13,294 bases of DNA from Rotaria sordida (lineage: Eukaryota), in the NCBI GenBank assembly GCA_905250005.1, contig CAJNOH010000272.1, forward strand, positions 95,610 to 108,903, in the 5' to 3' direction. The notes under the pieces are model-generated. The model worked only from the letters and a program-made list of their open reading frames with translations. It had not been told where the DNA came from and made no database searches. Below, piece by piece: positions 10,121 through 13,294 of this stretch. How positions within the stretch are numbered: the stretch's first letter is position 1; every line of letters begins with the position of its first letter. The position numbers were made by a program, and so were the translations under genes.

Positions 10121-10276
10121 CTGACATAAATCAATTTTTTCGGTTAATGCTCGACGATTTTTTATGAGATCAATGTTGTACGGTGGTCGATGAGGAATAA
10201 GTGAATAGAAACGAAGTGCAGCAGCAGAATCATTGGTCGATTTGAGTTCAAGCAGTGCTGCTTCAGCTTCGATGAT
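10121..10276 (-). CDS. PARP4: PARP4-like exon 6 (PARP regulatory domain)
   Basis: The acceptor is CAAAATAG|ATC and the donor is CAG|GTACGT. The translation IIEAEAALLELKSTNDSAAALRFYSLIPHRPPYNIDLIKNRRALTEKIDLCQ contains the F-Y-x-L-I-P-H motif typical of the PARP helical domain. Confidence 0.7.
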
Positions 10277-10333
10277 CTATTTTGTAGTTTAAAGCAAAAA
10301 CTAATATGAATGTAGCAAAACAAATGTATATAC

Positions 10334-10471
10334 CGTTTTAAGATTGATTGATTCAGGTGATACACTCAAAATTTTATTCAGATCACCAATCGATTCTAAC
10401 CAAATCGATTCAATCAATTGACATACATTATCATCAAGTATTTGTGTATCGATACGATGAGTAAATAATGA
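10334..10471 (-). CDS. PARP4: PARP4-like exon 5 (PARP alpha-helical regulatory domain)
   Basis: The acceptor is AATTTTTAG|TCA and the donor is ACG|GTATAT. The translation is SLFTHRIDTQILDDNVCQLIESIWLESIGDLNKILSVSPESINLKT. Confidence 0.65.
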
Positions 10472-10533
10472 CTAAAAATTAGTTTGTTTCTTTCTTAAAA
10501 AATAATTTTTCTTTGTCAATATTGTTGACTTAC

Positions 10534-10830
10534 GCGTAATAATAATTTTGATCCCAATTTATCAGGTAACATTTCACGAATTCTTGTTACACGTGGCATT
10601 GTAGCTATTCGATAATAGTATGATGCAAATAAGTGTTGTTGTTCGTTTGGATCATCACTAAATGCATATTGTATCAATACTTTTTTATCTTGTTTTTGGC
10701 CTTCGCCAACAATCGTCTGTTTTTCGTATCGAAATCTTAGTCGATAATCACTAGTTGTTTGATCGTAGTATTGTTCGGGAATAACTTGAAGTTCGAGAAC
10801 AAAAAATACATCTGAATTATCGTTAGTTTC
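10534..10830 (-). CDS. PARP4: PARP4-like exon 4 (linker / start of PARP regulatory region)
   Basis: The acceptor is TTCTAACAG|GAA and the donor is CGC|GTAAGT. The exon is 297 nt, phase 0 to phase 0, with no stop. It translates to ETNDNSDVFFVLELQVIPEQYYDQTTSDYRLRFRYEKQTIVGEGQKQDKKVLIQYAFSDDPNEQQHLFASYYYRIATMPRVTRIREMLPDKLGSKLLLR. Confidence 0.65.
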
Positions 10831-10887
10831 CTGTTAGAAATAGTAGAAATATAAGAGAACAATAGTTACACATGAATAGAATTATAC

Positions 10888-11021
10888 TTTGAAAATGGCC
10901 CATTTGCCAATTTCACAATGTGTCAATTCATTGAAACGAGGCAAATCAATATCATCCGAATTCCATAGTTTGATTTTAGTCAAATCGAACTTATTGATTT
11001 TGCTCGTGCTTGCTCGAGATT
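10888..11021 (-). CDS. PARP4: PARP4-like exon 3
   Basis: The acceptor is TTGTTTGTTAG|AA and the donor is AAA|GTATAA. The translation is (E)SRASTSKINKFDLTKIKLWNSDDIDLPRFNELTHCEIGKWAIFK. The phase-1 entry matches the end of exon 2. Confidence 0.6.
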
Positions 11022-11074
11022 CTAACAAACAAGTATTTGTATAATGATTTTTACAAAAAAAAATCTTATAATAC

Positions 11075-11282
11075 CTGTGACGGAAATAGTCCCAGTCTTC
11101 GTAAAATTTTCTTGATCTTCAACTGATTTGATGATAAATTTGCTAATATCGAGTGATGTTTGATCAGACGGCAAACGACGATATTCGTAGATATATTCAA
11201 CATTGACCAATGGCAAGCCGAGCTGTTTAGCACGACGTGTCTTATAGCTATCTACACTCTTTGTAACCAAAACATAGTCAGT
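11075..11282 (-). CDS. PARP4: PARP4-like exon 2 (BRCT C-terminal part)
   Basis: The acceptor is TTTTTTAG|ACT. The translation TDYVLVTKSVDSYKTRRAKQLGLPLVNVEYIYEYRRLPSDQTSLDISKFIIKSVEDQENFTKTGTISVT ends at the donor CAG|GTATTA in phase 1. The phase is consistent with the neighbouring exons. Confidence 0.7.
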
Positions 11283-11336
11283 CTAAAAAAGAAATTAACT
11301 TCAACAACATGTTTGCAAAATAAAAGAAGAACGTAC

Positions 11337-11495
11337 ACTAGCTGTAAGAATATATGAAATATGTGCTTGTTGTTCTCGCAAATAATTGATTAGTTCTTGT
11401 TTAGCTTTGAAGCCTATTTCACGACCAAGTTCGAGAACAATTGTTTTACCATTGAATGGTGACAAAAATGAAGTAGATGTAATAGTTTGTTTCAT
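11337..11495 (-). CDS. PARP4: PARP4-like (vault PARP) exon 1, start codon and BRCT domain N-terminal part
   Basis: The ATG at 11495 is preceded by an in-frame TAG 10 codons upstream. The translation MKQTITSTSFLSPFNGKTIVLELGREIGFKAKQELINYLREQQAHISYILTAS is BRCT-like (F.GK..VL.G......K.EL...). The exon ends at the donor AGT|GTACGT. Confidence 0.7.
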
Positions 11496-11583
11496 CTGAA
11501 AATAATCAATAATCTCTAAAATAATCTAAAAAAATATTCATGTTGGTTCTTATTTTCATTTTCAATAGACAACAAAAATAAAA
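11496..11583 (-). promoter_or_regulatory. Putative 5' UTR or proximal promoter of the PARP4-like gene
   Basis: This is the AT-rich region directly upstream of the inferred start codon on the minus strand. The sequence TTATTTTCAG immediately before the ATG may equally be a splice acceptor of an upstream non-coding exon. No clear TATA box was seen. Confidence 0.25.
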
Positions 11584-11799
11584 ATGTTTGCTACGACATG
11601 TTTTCATTGTACTTGCGTGAAACGACAGCAATTGCCCGTGATGATTAATACAACTACCTCCTGTATGGTGGAAAGGAAAAAAAAGAAATCGACAGATGAT
11701 GTTGATAATTTTTTTTACAATTCTGCATATGCCATGCGTGTTATGTTATTGCACCAGTCAATGAAACTGGTATATTGTGGAAATCTAGGCCAGTCATGA
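11584..11799 (+). pseudogene. Second, smaller piggyBac-like transposase remnant (DNFFTS region only)
   Basis: ORF 11584..11799 contains ...TTSCMVERKKKKSTDDVDNFFYNSAYAMRVMLLHQSMKLVYCGNLGQS. This aligns with the piggyBac block ...C.R.....DNFFTS..LA..LL....L...(R)SN of the downstream copy (CYRTVVADNFFTSISLAEHLLQNDTYLIETMRSNRA). It is out of order relative to the 12268+ fragment, so it is a separate remnant. Confidence 0.35.
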
Positions 11800-12029
11800 A
11801 GCACGACATCAATGCACTTCACTAATGATGTCATTATCAATTACATATACTAATCGATAAAATATTTAAATCAGAGGGCTTACACAATTCTGTAACATAA
11901 ATGAGAAATTTAATCAGAACTCTGTTTATAAAGCAGAGTCATCACTCACAAGCAGAGTGTGGATGGTTTAGGTGGATTTAGCTGTGGTTGAAGAGAACAC
12001 TCACACACACATACACTCTATTCAAGGAA

Positions 12030-12173
12030 GGGTGTGGGCGTGTGGTGTGAGTGTGTGGGTGCGGATATGGGTGTGGGTGTGGGTGTGAGTGTGGGTGTGG
12101 ATGGGTGTGGGTGTGGGTGTGGGTGTGGGTGTGGGTGTGAGTGTGGGTGTGAGTGTGGGTGTGAATGATGGAA
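12030..12173 (+). repeat. (GTGTGG)n / (GTGTGA)n hexanucleotide microsatellite resembling TG1-3 telomere-like repeats, with a G3N3 G-quadruplex motif
   Basis: It is directly visible: about 24 tandem units, gggtgtgggtgtgggtgtgggtgtgggtgtga... A short (CA)n run (cacacacacatacac, 12001-12016) precedes it. Confidence 0.9.
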
Positions 12174-12176
12174 ATA

Positions 12177-12226
12177 CCCACACCCATATCCACACCCACC
12201 CATCCACATTCCACACCCGCACCCTC
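12177..12226 (+). repeat. Inverted C-rich copy (CACACCC-type) of the adjacent GT-rich microsatellite
   Basis: The sequence cacacccatatccacacccacccatccacattccacacccgcaccc is the reverse complement of the flanking (GGGTGT)n units. Together they form a potential hairpin around the 3-nt spacer at 12174-12176. Confidence 0.8.
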
Positions 12227-12267
12227 AAATTTGATCATTTTTCAAATAATGAAAAGAAGCATGCAGA

Positions 12268-13294
12268 TCAGAACAGGTTGTTCAAGTTGAAATCACTTTT
12301 GGATTTATTGCAAGCTAGGTTTAAGTCGGTTAACATTTCTGGCTCAATTATTACTATCGCCGAAACAATGGTACCATGGAAAGGCAGACTTCTCTTCAAA
12401 CAATATATTCCGGGCAAATCGCATAAATACGGCGTTAAGATATAACGAGTACGAATGGATACACTTGAAATTTTACAGTTAATACCGGTAAGCAGGATCC
12501 AATGACAAGTCTTGAACATGCTCAAACAGTCGTAATGGGTTTAATAGACGATCTTTTGGGATGCTATCGAACCGTGGTAGCTGACAACTTCTTTACAAGT
12601 ATTTCTCTTGCAGAACATCTATTGCAAAATGACACATATCTGATTGAAACAATGAGAAGTAATCGTGCCAGATCAGAACATGAAGTTGTTCGAAAAAAGC
12701 TCAAGCGTGGTAAAGTTTTTTGGATCTAGAATGAAAATGACATAAAACTGATCGAGTGGAAAGACAAAAGAGACGTTTTGATGATATCTACAAAACCATC
12801 GCATACAGCAACTGTAGTGACTACCAGGAAAATCAATAAATTAAACGAACGCATAATGAAGGCATAAGTTGTTCTCGATTATAATGAAGGAAAACAAGAT
12901 ATAGATTTATCTGATCAACTATCAGTATACTACACATGCTTTAGACACTCTGTAAAATGGTATCAAAAGGTGAGATTTGTATTGATATTTGGAATAGCAA
13001 TAGTTAATGCATATTTGATTTATAAGGAAAATTATGACACAAGCCATATGACGATGTTAGTTTCGTGAAAATCTTGTACGATCTTTACTGCTTGGTAAAT
13101 CATTCGAAAAACTGAAGCCTGGTTCGAAACAACAATTAACAAGTAGTTTGGAGCATAAACTCGTTGATCACAAGCTAGAAGAAATGGAAGAACGTGCACA
13201 CGATGTCCGAAGACGCTGTACTGGGTGCTATGTGAAAAGCAGGAAACAACAATCAAGAGAAGCGAGCGTAGTGGCAGTAAAGAAAGTAAAAACC
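12268..13294 (+). pseudogene. piggyBac-like (PGBD-type) transposase pseudogene fragment: central and C-terminal part, frameshifted with internal stops, truncated by the window end
   Basis: Frame 1 gives ...TMVPWKGRLLFKQYIPGKSHKYGVKI (piggyBac ...GFRGRCPFRMYIPNKPSKYGIKI). After a frameshift, ...TNGYT*NFTVNTGKQD...CYRTVVADNFFTSISLAEHLLQNDTYLIETMRSNRA (the third-D region of the DDE fold) is followed by ...IEWKDKRDVLMISTK...VVLDYNEGKQDIDLSDQLSVYY...IAIVNAYLIYK with two further stops (TAG at 12727, TAA at about 12857). A second frameshift leads into the C-terminal ...RRRCTGCY Cys-rich tail. The N-terminal third is absent. Confidence 0.8.

Noticed and set aside
6378-10365. Minus-strand ORFs 6378..6611, 7476..7676, 9654..9857, 10162..10365
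   Set aside because: They are alternative reading frames overlapping PARP4 exons and introns. The real coding frame in each place is different and is supported by domain motifs and splice-phase continuity.
11978-12238. Three overlapping minus-strand ORFs (HTHTHT..., HPHPHP..., TPTPTP...) and the N-terminal GVGVGV half of plus-strand ORF 12089..12445
   Set aside because: They are translations of the (GTGTGG)n / (CACACC)n microsatellite in different frames, not genes. Only the 3' part of 12089..12445 (after about 12268) is a real transposase homolog.
1-13294. Prokaryotic defence-island interpretation (a vWA + VIT + ART-like domain system)
   Set aside because: The coding sequence is broken into phase-consistent exons by short GT-AG introns, and the locus carries eukaryotic transposon (piggyBac) remnants and microsatellites. 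The vWA/VIT/PARP combination is explained by a eukaryotic PARP4 gene.

Overview
This is AT-rich eukaryotic (metazoan-like) DNA, not prokaryotic: its coding segments are interrupted by many short spliceosomal introns of about 48-77 nt with GT..AG ends. Most of the window (5170-11495, minus strand) is one multi-exon gene that I reconstructed by hand into 15 exons. It encodes a protein of about 1,348 aa with the domain order BRCT, PARP catalytic (H-Y-E triad intact), VIT, vWA. That is the architecture of vault poly(ADP-ribose) polymerase (PARP4/vPARP). All exon phases are mutually consistent and the exon lengths sum to 4047 nt, which is divisible by 3. Upstream of its ATG (11500-13294, plus strand) lie degraded piggyBac-like transposase remnants. 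One is a frameshifted, stop-containing fragment running from the KYGIKI region to the C-terminal Cys-rich tail. The other is a smaller DNFFTS-region fragment. Between them sits a telomere-like (GTGTGG)n hexamer microsatellite with a canonical G-quadruplex motif and an adjacent inverted C-rich copy. The 3' flank of the gene (1-5170) is non-coding and repeat-rich. It holds a 651-bp near-perfect foldback element (3439-4089, arms of about 279 bp, about 97% identical, 93-bp loop) inserted into one of two diverged direct copies of a roughly 290-bp dispersed repeat (1-300 and 3161-3438). It also holds a well-defined minus-strand exon (2744-2878) with a canonical acceptor and donor that I cannot assign to a gene. 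The PARP4 3' end is ambiguous. The stop at 5170 is followed by a 43-codon in-frame ORF, and a plausible 57-nt intron would splice around the stop. No rRNA, tRNA or CRISPR features were found.
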